Below, piece by piece: positions 50,368-60,529 of a DNA stretch of 64,000 nucleotides. Under the pieces are notes generated by a model. That model was not told the DNA's origin, did no database searches, and saw only the letters and a list, made by a program, of their open reading frames with translations. Source of the stretch: an uncultured bacterium (GTDB taxonomy: Bacteria; Fermentibacterota; Fermentibacteria; Fermentibacterales; JCC-6); the NCBI GenBank assembly GCA_964541235.1, contig CAZIPI010000001.1:110774-174773 (forward strand), written 5' to 3'. Within the stretch, counting starts at the first letter, position 1; every line of letters begins with the position of its first letter. Both the position numbers and the translations under genes were made by a program.

Positions 50368-51695
50368 CACTTCACCTGCATCCTGCGGACCCTGACGAAA
50401 GGTCCTCCGAATCCCACCGGCAAAGGGTACTGCTCCATCTTTCCGCAGCCGCCGCCCACGAAGCCAAGCACCTCCCACTCCCGGGAGAGACCGTCGATCT
50501 CGCCCAGGGTTTCCATCACGTTCCCAGTGATGACAGATACCTTCAGAGGCTCGCATATCCGCCCCCCCCGGATCCGGTACGCCAGATTGGGGGCGATGGT
50601 GAAGGTGGACATCCCTGAGCCGTGCTTCACGGTCTCAACAAGTATTCCGTCGTCTATCCCGGCCAGGAGGTCATCCTTCGGTGTGCTTCCCGGCTCGATG
50701 CAGGTGGTGGTCATCCTGGGTATGGGTTCGTAGTTGAAGTTTACCGCACGGGCGTTCCCTGTTGGAGCCTCCGACAGCTCGGCAGCGGTGAAGGCGCTGT
50801 GAAGCCTTCCCGAAAGAACGCCGTTCCTCACAAGGAAGGTTCTGCCCCCGGGCGTTCCTTCGTCGTCGAAGGGAGTGCAGCCCACACCCGGAACTGTCCC
50901 GTCGTCCCAGATGGAGAGGCTCTCAGGGCCCACCACGGCCCCTATGGGCCATTCCCGCAGCATGGTCTCGTCGCCAAGCATGAAATCGGCCTCGCTCTTG
51001 TGACCAAAGCTCTCGTGTGCGAATATCCCCGCCGCCAGAGGCGAGAGGACCACCGTCCGCTCCCCGGGGGTCACATCCTCAGCCTCCCTGAGGTAGCGGA
51101 GGGTCGTGTCGAGATGTGCCCGAAGGGCGTCGTGGTGCCCCGAAAGCTCATCAGGCTTGAGCCCTGTCTTCATGTACTGTTCCGATGCCCTGGATTCGCC
51201 CTCGGCCATGGAGAACGATATGCCCAGCCCGCAGTGGAACCTGTCGAACGAGACGTCGGCGCCCAGGCTGGACACTATCCTCTTCCGGGAGTAGCCGTCG
51301 GACATGATGCCCTGCCACGAACCAATCTGGGGGAAGGCCTTCAGTTCATCGAAGTACGACCCCAGCATGGCGGTCTTGTCTTCCACGCTCATCCCGGGAC
51401 GGCCCGAGATCCTTTCGCCCCTTTCACGGGACAAACCGTCGAGAACGGGGTGTCCGGTCACCGCCCCTGCACGTGCCATGGCCGCCAGATCGTCCAGCTT
51501 CCCCTGCACCGCTGACTGCCGGGGATCGGTGAGCGACGAGAAGTACCATCTTGCGCCGTCGAACACCCTGACGAAAGCTGTGTTCTCGGTCCTCACCTTC
51601 CTCTGTTCGAGCTTTCCCATCACAAAGGCGATGACCGTAGTCACGCTCTCCTCGAGACGTACATCCGAGAACACACCGCCGGGGAATCTGTACAT
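50367..51695 (-). CDS. tldD: TldD-family metalloprotease
   Basis: HExxxH-type motif (HESFGH) and a Gly-rich C-terminus. Start at MYRFPGG, ATG at 51693-51695. Confidence 0.85.
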   Translation of the reverse strand: MYRFPGGVFSDVRLEESVTTVIAFVMGKLEQRKVRTENTAFVRVFDGARWYFSSLTDPRQSAVQGKLDDLAAMARAGAVTGHPVLDGLSRERGERISGRPGMSVEDKTAMLGSYFDELKAFPQIGSWQGIMSDGYSRKRIVSSLGADVSFDRFHCGLGISFSMAEGESRASEQYMKTGLKPDELSGHHDALRAHLDTTLRYLREAEDVTPGERTVVLSPLAAGIFAHESFGHKSEADFMLGDETMLREWPIGAVVGPESLSIWDDGTVPGVGCTPFDDEGTPGGRTFLVRNGVLSGRLHSAFTAAELSEAPTGNARAVNFNYEPIPRMTTTCIEPGSTPKDDLLAGIDDGILVETVKHGSGMSTFTIAPNLAYRIRGGRICEPLKVSVITGNVMETLGEIDGLSREWEVLGFVGGGCGKMEQYPLPVGFGGPFVRVRRMQVK

Positions 51696-52537
51696 TGAAC
51701 ACCGCCCTTCCCAATTCGACAATTGAATGCAAGTATATTCAACAGGGGAAAGGACGTAAAATATTGGCTGATTACTACGCAGGTTTTGCCGAGTATTACG
51801 ATGCCCAGCTGGAATCTGCGGGCGGCCGTGACGATGCCCCTTTCTACGCTTCCCTGGCGGCTTCCTCCCCGGGGCCGGTACTCGAGCTGGGCTGCGGAAC
51901 AGGCAGGATAACCCTGGCCATGCTTGCTGCCGGAGCCAGGGTCACGGGATTGGACCTGTGCCCCCAGATGCTGGAGATAGCACGCAGGAAGATCTCTTCG
52001 CTTCCGGCTCCGCAGCGGGAACGGGCCGAGACGGTCCAGGGCGACATGACGTGTTTCGACCTGGGTCGAAGGTTCGACCTGATAGTCACCCCTTTCCGCC
52101 CATTCCAGCACCTTGCGACCCCTGAGCAGCAACTTGCGTGCCTTGCCTGCGTAAGAAAACATCTGGCTCCCGGGGGCACATTCGTGCTGGACATATTCGA
52201 CCCCGATCTCGACATCCTGACGGACAGGGGAAGGGTCAACGAGTTCGGTGATGAACCGCCGGTACGCCTTCCCGACGGAAGCCTGATGACGGTCCGCTAC
52301 CGGACCCCGGGGATGAACTGGGCAACCCAGGTCTGCGAATGCGAGATGATCTACCTTCTGGAGCGGCCTGACGGCAGCCGGGAAAGGCTGGTCCAGGATT
52401 TCATCATGCGCTGGACCTACCGCTTCGAGGCGGAACACCTGCTATCACTGGCGGGGTTCAGGGTCCGCCAGGTGTTCGGCGGTTACCGGGGCGAGCCAGC
52501 AGGGGCGGGAGAGCTGGTTTTCATCGCTGAAGCCTGA
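51695..52537 (+). CDS. Class I SAM-dependent methyltransferase (start ambiguous: TTG at 51695 or 51764)
   Basis: Motif I VLELGCGTGRIT, followed by post-I acidic, motif II and motif III features. Confidence 0.7.
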   Translation: MNTALPNSTIECKYIQQGKGRKILADYYAGFAEYYDAQLESAGGRDDAPFYASLAASSPGPVLELGCGTGRITLAMLAAGARVTGLDLCPQMLEIARRKISSLPAPQRERAETVQGDMTCFDLGRRFDLIVTPFRPFQHLATPEQQLACLACVRKHLAPGGTFVLDIFDPDLDILTDRGRVNEFGDEPPVRLPDGSLMTVRYRTPGMNWATQVCECEMIYLLERPDGSRERLVQDFIMRWTYRFEAEHLLSLAGFRVRQVFGGYRGEPAGAGELVFIAEA

Positions 52538-52702
52538 CTCGATTTCGTTCCGCGGCACCGCAAACCGCGACGATCCAGAAAAGTATTCAACTTACCGAGT
52601 TTTCCACAGCGTGGAATGTAACTTGGATGCCCTTCATATGGGCATTTCTCTATGGTGCGCTTCTTTTTCAACAGTGTTGTCCACAAACCGGTGGGGACCG
52701 GT

Positions 52703-54016
52703 TCACACAACTCTAAGAAGCGCTTGGATTTGGTCCGGTGACAGGGGTGCCCTGCACGGTATCCCGATCCTGGGAGCCAGCCCCTTCCGGCTGAGCTTCC
52801 TCAAGCCGGCAAGGAGTACCGGGAGCAGTTTCAGCTCACCCTCGGGCTCCGGCCAGTCAAGCGGTTCGCGCAGTACCCCGCCGGTCCAGCTCACCGTACA
52901 GCCCCGGAGCAGCCTGAGCAATGCCCCCCTTCTGGCCATCAGCGATCCGTGGACCACACCCTGGACCAGCCTGTGAAGGGGGGTGGGGTGTTCGACCGGT
53001 TCCACCCGATAATGCTCGAGCCCCACTCTGAACAGTGAACGGCGGCCGCAGAGGTCCCTGAAGGCCTGCAGGAAATCGCCATACTCGCCCGGTTCCTCCC
53101 CGTCAAGAAGCCTGCGTGCAAGGACGAGGCCGCCAACCGAGCCTTCCGAGGGGAACGGCCCGCGAAACGGGCCGGCGGGTGGAGAATGGCTGATCCTCCA
53201 GTCGTCTCCCAGGTAAACCGCCTTCTCCCCGGTGAGCCTTCCCGCCCGGTTGCAGGGAGGGTCCAGCTCAAGGATCTTCCTGGCTTCCAGGACGGAAGCT
53301 GAAAAGGCATCCGGACACAGTGTCCAGCACAGCCCGTGGGTCCTGGCGACCAGTTCCCGGACACCAGCCCCGCCCCCTCCGGTGAACCACGAGGAAAGCC
53401 TTGCTCTGATGTTCCCCGAGGTTCCCACATACAGAACGCCTCCCCGGGCGTCATGCATCTCGTACACACCCGGAAGCCCCGGCGCCGCGAGCCTGGTCTC
53501 CCGGCTGACCCTGCTCCGGCCCGGGTCGGGCTCCTGCGGCATCCGCTCCCAAATGAACCGGGTGGCCTCCACATGATCGCGGGCGCGTCTCAACTCAGGA
53601 AGCGCCCAGCCAAGGTAGCCGGCGACGGCCCTGATGCTGTATGCACCAAGCCCGGGGAGCCTCTCCCCGGCAAGCTCCCTGGTGCACGCCATCCCCTCCA
53701 GGGGCATGCCTGTGAGCCATCCCAGCCACTTCCCCTCGTAAAGCGCGTGGTGTGCCACGGGCCGACCCAGGGACAGGACCCGGCGCATGATGTGGGCGGC
53801 CTCGGTCACGTGGACCCCACTGGAGGACTCCTGTACGGTCAGGCCGGTGATGGCCCTGACCCTGTCCGGGACCGGCTTCCCGGCAGGGGTTCTGACGGTG
53901 AGCGAAAGAACAGGATCGCCGGCAACGGCCCACGCCAGTTCCAGAAGGGTCCCGCTGCCCGGCATGCCCGATGCCTGCACGTCCACGAAAACGGGCTGAA
54001 GCTGTTCGATCCCCAT
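52703..54016 (-). CDS. DEDD-like exonuclease domain fused to GIY-YIG nuclease domain (Cho/UvrC-N-like)
   Basis: The N-terminus VFVDVQASG... resembles the DnaQ Exo I motif but has Q in place of the catalytic E. The central PGVYEMHDARGGVLYVGTSGNIRARLSSW region is a GIY-YIG motif. Confidence 0.55.
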   Translation of the reverse strand: MGIEQLQPVFVDVQASGMPGSGTLLELAWAVAGDPVLSLTVRTPAGKPVPDRVRAITGLTVQESSSGVHVTEAAHIMRRVLSLGRPVAHHALYEGKWLGWLTGMPLEGMACTRELAGERLPGLGAYSIRAVAGYLGWALPELRRARDHVEATRFIWERMPQEPDPGRSRVSRETRLAAPGLPGVYEMHDARGGVLYVGTSGNIRARLSSWFTGGGGAGVRELVARTHGLCWTLCPDAFSASVLEARKILELDPPCNRAGRLTGEKAVYLGDDWRISHSPPAGPFRGPFPSEGSVGGLVLARRLLDGEEPGEYGDFLQAFRDLCGRRSLFRVGLEHYRVEPVEHPTPLHRLVQGVVHGSLMARRGALLRLLRGCTVSWTGGVLREPLDWPEPEGELKLLPVLLAGLRKLSRKGLAPRIGIPCRAPLSPDQIQALLRVV

Positions 54017-54039
54017 ATCACGGCATTATATCTCGCGCT

Positions 54040-54969
54040 ATGAAAAAAGCCCTGAACTGTCTGGCGGGTCTGACCCGGAACTCACTTTCCACATCGCTGG
54101 TGCTCTTCAGGGTCATGGTCCCCGCCCTGCTTGTGGTGCGCATCGTGAGCCACCTGGGAGTCCTGGAGCCGCTGGGGGAGTTCATGGCCCCGGTCATGCG
54201 TGCGGCGGGGCTCCCGGGGGAGACGGGCATAGTCTGGATAACCGGCATGCTCACCAACATGTACGGCGGTCTGGCCCTTCTGGCGGGAATGGCGGGGGAA
54301 CTCCAGCTCACGGTGGGACAGATGACCAGCCTGGGCATGATGCTGCTTCTGGCGCACTCCATGCCGGTGGAGGTCACCGTGGCGGCCCGTTCCGGAGTGA
54401 GCCCTTTCCTCGTGATCCCGTTGAGGGTGGGCTCGGCTGTGGTTGCCGGGTTCCTGCTCAAGGTGACCGGTCTCACCGGCAGGCTGAACGGCACGCCGGT
54501 GATACTATGGAGGGGCGTGCCCCAGACCGGAGGCATGGCGGACTGGGCCATGGGCCTTCTGAAGACGATGGGAACCATCTTCGTTGTGATCTTCCTTGTT
54601 CTGGCGGTCCTTTCGATCCTTGAAAGGGTGGGGTTCACCGGATTCCTGCAGAAGGTTCTAAGACCCGCGTTCAGGCTTGCCGGCATCGGCCCTGAAGCCA
54701 CCACCATTACCGTTGTGGGGCTTGTGCTTGGCATCTCCTACGGGGGTGGACTGGTGATAAAGGCCGCTTCCCGCGGCGACATACCCGCAAGACAGGTGAC
54801 CGCTGCCGTCTGCTTCATGAGCCTGTGCCACGCCGTGGTTGAAGACACTGCACTGGTGGCGACCCTGGGCGCCTGGACACCAATGATCTCACTGGGAAGG
54901 ATACTCTTCTCATGGAGCATCATGGCCCTTGTCTATGCCCTTCCCGGATCGAGGGCCCAAGAAACCTGA
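54040..54969 (+). CDS. Nucleoside-recognition (Gate) domain membrane protein (SpmA/SpmB / YjiH-like)
   Basis: ATG at 54040 (MKKALNCLAG). About 8 TM segments, with the repeated 'GE..G....G' pattern of the nucleoside_tran/Gate domain. Confidence 0.55.
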   Translation: MKKALNCLAGLTRNSLSTSLVLFRVMVPALLVVRIVSHLGVLEPLGEFMAPVMRAAGLPGETGIVWITGMLTNMYGGLALLAGMAGELQLTVGQMTSLGMMLLLAHSMPVEVTVAARSGVSPFLVIPLRVGSAVVAGFLLKVTGLTGRLNGTPVILWRGVPQTGGMADWAMGLLKTMGTIFVVIFLVLAVLSILERVGFTGFLQKVLRPAFRLAGIGPEATTITVVGLVLGISYGGGLVIKAASRGDIPARQVTAAVCFMSLCHAVVEDTALVATLGAWTPMISLGRILFSWSIMALVYALPGSRAQET

Positions 54970-56296
54970 CGCACAATTCGATGTCGGGTTCCACCGGAAG
55001 CTCTCCGGCCATCACCGCGTCCTCGAGACATGCCACAGCCCGGCCGAGCCGCACCCCGGTGATGCCCATGGCATCTGAGAGGGCCTTCCCTGTGCCGCGG
55101 GCCAGAAGCCTTCTCCTCTCCTCCCGGCGTTCCAGGCGGGATGAGAGCTCACTCAGGTTCTCCAGACCCCTGCTGCGGGTCTCAGGGGCCTTCGACAGCA
55201 CGTCGGCCCGGGCAAGCGACAGAAGCATATCGAGGTCCCCCCCGGCGTCGTTGGCCAGCCTGCGGACAGCTCCGTCGCTCCAATCAGCGGAGTAGAGAAC
55301 AGGCCTCATGTGGTTCCTCACCAGGAACTCGAGGCTCCTTCGCCATGCCCTGGGGAAGCGCATGGAAACGGCTGCGGAAACAGCAAGCCCGGCGCCCGTT
55401 GCCTCATGGCCGTGAAAGTGTGGCTCACTGCGGAAGTCGGCGGAACGTGCGGCGCCCTTGCCGGCATCGTGGAACAGCGCCGCCCACCTGAGAAGAGGGT
55501 CCCCGGGCGTGTTGCGGACCACCTGAAGGGTGTGTTCCCAGGGGTCCAGGTTGTGATGCCTTCCCTGTGATTCTCCCCGAAGGCCGGCGAGCCCCTCAAG
55601 TTCGGGAAGAAGGACAAGAAGGACCCCCGACCCCAGCATGGCGTCCAGTGTGCCGGGAAGATTAGCGCCGTCCGCCGCCAGAAGAAGGTTCATCTCCTTC
55701 AGCTTCCTTTCGGCAGCCACATGAACCAGGTCCCCGGCATGCCCGCGGATCGCCGACGCCGTCATGTCCTCGATGGAGAAGCCCAGAGTGGCCATGAAGC
55801 GGAACGCCCTGAGTATCCTGAGCGGGTCCTCCCTCATGGATACATCCGGGTCTCCCGGGGTTCTCAGGAGCTTCAGCCTCAGGTCGTCAAGGCCGCCGAA
55901 GGGATCTATCAGCTCCCCCCTTTCGTCCATGGCCATGGCGTTCACCGTGAAGTCGCGCCTGAGAAGGTCGTCGGCCAGGTCCGTTCCGAAAGTTACCTTG
56001 GGGTGCCGCGAACCCGGGTAGTAACGTTCGCCGGTCCTGAGCGTTGTTATCTCACAGCTCTCACCCGTCTCGCCGTCCCTTGCGGTAAGGGTCCCGAAGG
56101 CAATACCCATGTCCAGAACGGAGTAGCCGGCCTGCTCCAGGAGATGCCGGACCCTCTCGGGAACAGCGTCGGTGGACAGGTCGATGTCGCCCCCGGGCTG
56201 GATCCCCAGCAACTGGTCACGGACAGAGCCGCCTACGATGTAAAGCCTGTACCCGGCCCTTGAAAAGCTTTCCCGAAGCCGCTCCAGAATTGTCAT
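54920..56296 (-). CDS. cca: CCA tRNA nucleotidyltransferase / poly(A) polymerase family protein with HD domain
   Basis: ATG at 56294-56296 with a GGGAGGG Shine-Dalgarno sequence. Motifs GGSVRDQLLG...DIDL (nucleotidyltransferase head), RDFTVNAMA and ALFHDAGK (HD). Confidence 0.75.
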   Translation of the reverse strand: MTILERLRESFSRAGYRLYIVGGSVRDQLLGIQPGGDIDLSTDAVPERVRHLLEQAGYSVLDMGIAFGTLTARDGETGESCEITTLRTGERYYPGSRHPKVTFGTDLADDLLRRDFTVNAMAMDERGELIDPFGGLDDLRLKLLRTPGDPDVSMREDPLRILRAFRFMATLGFSIEDMTASAIRGHAGDLVHVAAERKLKEMNLLLAADGANLPGTLDAMLGSGVLLVLLPELEGLAGLRGESQGRHHNLDPWEHTLQVVRNTPGDPLLRWAALFHDAGKGAARSADFRSEPHFHGHEATGAGLAVSAAVSMRFPRAWRRSLEFLVRNHMRPVLYSADWSDGAVRRLANDAGGDLDMLLSLARADVLSKAPETRSRGLENLSELSSRLERREERRRLLARGTGKALSDAMGITGVRLGRAVACLEDAVMAGELPVEPDIELCVRFLGPSIREGHRQGP

Positions 56297-56397
56297 GATC
56301 GGGCCCTCCCGCTGATACATGCTTGTTGCAGCCGGGGGAAACAAGCGGGACCGGCGTTCTCACGCCGGTCCCGTGCATGGCAAGACTTCGCGGGCAG

Positions 56398-57177
56398 CTA
56401 CCGTACCGGTATGTAGTCCTCGGCCACTATCGCCTGGCCTTCGGCACTGAGAGCGAAGTTCAAAAACTGCGCTGCTGCGCCGGAGGGCTGGCCCATCGTG
56501 ACAAGTATCAGGGGCCTTACAACGGGATAGGAACCGTCCTTCACATGCTCGACGGTGGGGGATGCTCCGTTGACAGCCAGGGGCTTAACGCTGGAGTCGA
56601 GGTATCCCAGGCTGAGGAAGCCCACAGTTCCGGGGGTAGTGGCGATAGTGGTCCTCACGGCGCCGTTCGAAGGTTGAAGGATGGCGGCATCGGTGATGAG
56701 AGAGCTCCCCATCACGATCTCCTCGAATGCCGCCCTGGTCCCGGAGCCCTCCTCCCTGGCGACCACGGTAATGGCCATGGAGCCGCCTCCGACCTGAGAC
56801 CAGTTGTCAATGGTCCCCTCGAAGATCCCTCTTACCTGTTCCATGGTCAAAGCACCGACAGTGCACCCGGGATGGGCTGCGATGGCAATCCCGTCCTTGG
56901 CGATGGTATGGACAACCATCGCAGGGTACTCGGAACGTTCCGAATCCTTGATCTCCCTGGATGCCATTCCGATATCCACGGTACCCTCGGCGGCGCTCTT
57001 CACCCCCACACTGCTTCCGCCTCCGGAAACGATGACGGTGATGGTGGGATTGGCCGCCTCGAACGCTTCACCAAGGCGCTCCGCCAGGGGCTGCACAGTT
57101 GTTGAGCCGGCCAGTGTCACTTCTGCGGCTGCCGCTGCGCACGCAAGGCAAAGGACCGTCAAGATCGCCTTCTTCAT
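56398..57177 (-). CDS. pstS: Phosphate ABC transporter substrate-binding protein
   Basis: Signal peptide, then TLAGSTTVQPL...SGGGSSVG...GMASR, which is the PstS/PBP fold. Confidence 0.9.
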   Translation of the reverse strand: MKKAILTVLCLACAAAAAEVTLAGSTTVQPLAERLGEAFEAANPTITVIVSGGGSSVGVKSAAEGTVDIGMASREIKDSERSEYPAMVVHTIAKDGIAIAAHPGCTVGALTMEQVRGIFEGTIDNWSQVGGGSMAITVVAREEGSGTRAAFEEIVMGSSLITDAAILQPSNGAVRTTIATTPGTVGFLSLGYLDSSVKPLAVNGASPTVEHVKDGSYPVVRPLILVTMGQPSGAAAQFLNFALSAEGQAIVAEDYIPVR

Positions 57178-57315
57178 TTTCTTCCTTTCTTGCTGCAGTT
57201 CTTCGTTCCGGAGCCGGCCCGCGAGGGGTGAAGCGCGGGCCGGCGGACAGGAGGAGTTCCGGGATTGTTCCTCGAAGGCTCCCGGCGCCTTCTCTGGCGC
57301 GGTGAGGGGAGTCGG

Positions 57316-57969
57316 TCAGTTGAAGTCAACCACTTCCCCGGAGACGGTGAAGATCACTCTCTCGCAAATGTTGATGACCCTGTCGCCAACCCTCTCCAGG
57401 TTGTGGGCAACCCAGTCCAGAAGCATGCACTGCTCCATGTTGGTCGGACGTTCCATGACGAATGTGAGAAGCTCCCTGTGCACCTGCCGGGAAAGGATGT
57501 CGATCTGAATGTCCCTGGTGGGAATGCTGCGGGCCGACTGCTGGTCTCCCTCACAGAAGGCCTTCAGCGCGTCCTCAAGCATTCCCGTGGCGATGTCGGC
57601 CATTCTCGGGATGTCCACCAGAGGCTTCACCAGCGGCTCTCCCGCGATCTTCCTGCTTATCCGCGATATGCCCTTGGCGTAATCGCCGATGCGCTCAACT
57701 TCGTTGGTGATCTGAAGAACGCTGAAGATGAACCTCAGGTCTCCCGCCACCGGCTGCTGGGTTGCGATGAGCCGGATGCAGTTCTCCTCTATGCTCCAGC
57801 ATCTGTGGTTCACCTGCTCGTCGGACTGGATCACCAGGTCGGCGCCCTTCATGTCCCTGGTGCCCAGGTACTTCACGGAGTCCCTGAGGTTCTTCTTCAC
57901 GAGTTCGACCACCGATGTCATCTGGTTCTTCAGCTCCTGAAGATCCATCTGGTACTGTTCCCTGCTCAT
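57316..57969 (-). CDS. phoU: Phosphate signalling complex protein PhoU
   Basis: Two PhoU repeats with the E..D...E/ERIGD motifs. Confidence 0.9.
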   Translation of the reverse strand: MSREQYQMDLQELKNQMTSVVELVKKNLRDSVKYLGTRDMKGADLVIQSDEQVNHRCWSIEENCIRLIATQQPVAGDLRFIFSVLQITNEVERIGDYAKGISRISRKIAGEPLVKPLVDIPRMADIATGMLEDALKAFCEGDQQSARSIPTRDIQIDILSRQVHRELLTFVMERPTNMEQCMLLDWVAHNLERVGDRVINICERVIFTVSGEVVDFN

Positions 57970-57983
57970 TGAGGCTTCTCTTT

Positions 57984-58751
57984 CTATCCGAAGCGGCCGG
58001 TTATGTAGTCTTCCGTCCTCCGGTCGGAGGGGGAGGTGAAGATCCTGTTGGTGGGGCCGAACTCCACCAGGTTCCCGGCCCTGTCGTCATCGGTGAGAAG
58101 GAACGCCGTGTAGTCCGAGACCCTGGCGGCCTGCTGCATGTTGTGGGTGACTATCACAATGGTGTAGCGCTCCTTCAATGTGTTCATCAGCTCTTCTATC
58201 TTCACAGTGGCCACAGGGTCCAGGGCCGATGCCGGCTCATCCATGAGGATCACCTCCGGCTCCACTGCGATGGCACGAGCTATGCAAAGCCTCTGCTGCT
58301 GGCCGCCGGAAAGGGCCATGGCGGACTTGTGCAGCTGGTCCTTCACCTCATCCCAGAGCGCCGCCCTGGTAAGGCTCTCCTCGGCGATGCCGGCCAGCCT
58401 GGACCGGTTCCTCACGCCGTGGATCCTTGGACCGTATGTTACATTGTCGAAAATGGACTTGGGGAATGGGTTGGGCCTCTGGAACACCATTCCAACTCGT
58501 TTCCTGAGACTGACCACATCCTCGCGGAAGATGTCCCCCCCGTCCAGCAGCACGGAACCCCGGGTGCGGACACCCGGGATCAGCTCGTTCATCCTGTTGA
58601 AGCTTCGAAGGAGGGTGCTCTTTCCGCAGCCCGAGGGGCCGATGAACGCGGTTATCCTGTTGGAGGGGATGTCCAGGGTGATGCCCGAGAGCGCCCGGAA
58701 ATCGCCGTAGAAGAGTGAGTAATCCCTGGTAGTAAGCCTTGCCTGTTCCAT
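57984..58751 (-). CDS. pstB: Phosphate ABC transporter ATP-binding protein
   Basis: Walker [24 protein letters not shown], and a PstB-type C-terminus. Confidence 0.95.
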   Translation of the reverse strand: MEQARLTTRDYSLFYGDFRALSGITLDIPSNRITAFIGPSGCGKSTLLRSFNRMNELIPGVRTRGSVLLDGGDIFREDVVSLRKRVGMVFQRPNPFPKSIFDNVTYGPRIHGVRNRSRLAGIAEESLTRAALWDEVKDQLHKSAMALSGGQQQRLCIARAIAVEPEVILMDEPASALDPVATVKIEELMNTLKERYTIVIVTHNMQQAARVSDYTAFLLTDDDRAGNLVEFGPTNRIFTSPSDRRTEDYITGRFG

Positions 58752-58754
58752 GGG

Positions 58755-59603
58755 CTACCTCGCGTCCCGGGAGATGCGCCGGGAGATCATGTTTATGGAG
58801 AGGTTCATCACGACCACCAGAACCACAAGCACCGCGGCTGTTGCCATGGCCTTGTCGAACGCTCTGGTCTCCATGGCCAGATAATAGACATGGAGGGCCA
58901 TGGACCTCCCGCTGGACAGAAGGGAGGTGGGGGTCCTGTAGCTTCCTCCCAGAGTCACGAAGAATATGGCTGTCTCGCTGACTACCCTGCCTGCTCCCAG
59001 TACCACTCCGGTGGTTATGCCGGGGAACGCAGAGGGTAGTATCACCTTCCGGATCGTCTCCCAGCGCGACGCCCCAAGGGCCAGCGAGCCTTCCCTGTAG
59101 GAGTTGGGGACCGCCTTCATGGCTTCCTCGGTGGTCCTTATGATCACCGGTATGATCAGGCATGAACCCGCCAGGGCTGCGGAAGCCAGGCTGAAGCCCA
59201 GCTTCAGGGTTGTTACGAACAGCGCGTAGCCGAAGAGCCCGAAGATTATCGAGGGCACTCCCGCAAGCGTCTCCACACCGAACCTTGCTGCCGCTGTGAG
59301 CCTTTTCATAAGGGACGACCTGGCCTGATCGGCGTACTCCACAAGGTAGATGCCTGCCCCGACACCCAGAGGTGTGGCCACGGCCAGGGTCATCACCACC
59401 AGATATACCGTTGTGATGATGGTGGACTGGATGCCGCCCTCTCCCGAGAGGCCCCCGCGTGGTGATGTGGTGAAGAACTCGGGGGTTATGTCCGCAAACC
59501 CCTTCACTACGACGTAGCCAACCACGGAAAGCATTATGAGGACCGCAGCGAGCCCTGCCAGCCAGAATACTGTAAAGGCGGCGGTCTGTACCAGTTTTCT
59601 CAT
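58755..59603 (-). CDS. pstA: Phosphate ABC transporter permease PstA
   Basis: Six TM segments with the EAA-like motif, placed downstream of pstC. Confidence 0.9.
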   Translation of the reverse strand: MRKLVQTAAFTVFWLAGLAAVLIMLSVVGYVVVKGFADITPEFFTTSPRGGLSGEGGIQSTIITTVYLVVMTLAVATPLGVGAGIYLVEYADQARSSLMKRLTAAARFGVETLAGVPSIIFGLFGYALFVTTLKLGFSLASAALAGSCLIIPVIIRTTEEAMKAVPNSYREGSLALGASRWETIRKVILPSAFPGITTGVVLGAGRVVSETAIFFVTLGGSYRTPTSLLSSGRSMALHVYYLAMETRAFDKAMATAAVLVVLVVVMNLSINMISRRISRDAR

Positions 59604-60517
59604 CTCGATCCGCTCCCGGCAAGGCTTGCCTTCATGAGCCCCCTTGCACTGATGTTGACCAGCATGATGAGAATGAAAAGGACAACACCCGTGGCGAAGA
59701 GGGCGCTTTCATGGACACCGGTGGCGTAGGAGATCTCCACGGCGATGTTCCCGGTGAGCGTTCTGGCCCTGCTCAGAAAGATCGAAAGCGGGTTGCCCGT
59801 AAGGGCCTTGGGCATGATCACCGAATTGCCTATCACCATTATCATGGCAATGGTCTCGCCAAGGGCCCGCCCGAGTCCCAGCACGATGGCGCTCAGTATC
59901 CCCGAACGGGCGGCCGGAATGTTGACCCTCCAGATGCTCTCCCACCTTGTGGCTCCCAGGGCCACGGACCCGTTGTAGTAGCTCCTGGGAACGCTCCTCA
60001 GCGAGGTCTCCGCCACGCTGGCGATGGTGGGCAGTATCATCACCGCCAGCACGATGGAAGCGGAAAGAAGGCCGAACCCGGTGTTTCCCGGCACTTCGAT
60101 ACCCCTGATCATGGGCACCAGCACCACCATGCCGAAGAGCCCGTACACCACCGAGGGGATCCCGGCCAGGAGCTCCACCGAAGGCCTCACTATCCCCGCC
60201 ATCCAGCGGGGAGCGACCTCGGCCAGGAAAACGGCGCACCCCAGCGCCAGGGGTACGCCTATCACGACTGAACCAAGGGTCACCAGGCCGGAACCTGCTA
60301 TCATTGCAAGTATTCCGTACGAGTCCTGCCCGGGGCGCCAGACCTTCTCAGACAGCATGCTCAACGGGCCGATGCCGCGAAACGCGGGGAGGGATTCCTT
60401 CAGGGTGAAGAACCCTATCAGGAACACGATGGCAACCGATGACAGGGCGGATGCCACGAGAAGCGCCCTCATGGTGTTCTCCACCCTGTTCTTGCTGGTT
60501 GTCCTGCGGCCCGGCAT
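59600..60517 (-). CDS. pstC: Phosphate ABC transporter permease PstC
   Basis: Six TM segments. Overlaps pstA by 4 nt. Confidence 0.9.
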   Translation of the reverse strand: MPGRRTTSKNRVENTMRALLVASALSSVAIVFLIGFFTLKESLPAFRGIGPLSMLSEKVWRPGQDSYGILAMIAGSGLVTLGSVVIGVPLALGCAVFLAEVAPRWMAGIVRPSVELLAGIPSVVYGLFGMVVLVPMIRGIEVPGNTGFGLLSASIVLAVMILPTIASVAETSLRSVPRSYYNGSVALGATRWESIWRVNIPAARSGILSAIVLGLGRALGETIAMIMVIGNSVIMPKALTGNPLSIFLSRARTLTGNIAVEISYATGVHESALFATGVVLFILIMLVNISARGLMKASLAGSGSR

Positions 60518-60529
60518 GTTCCGTCCCGC

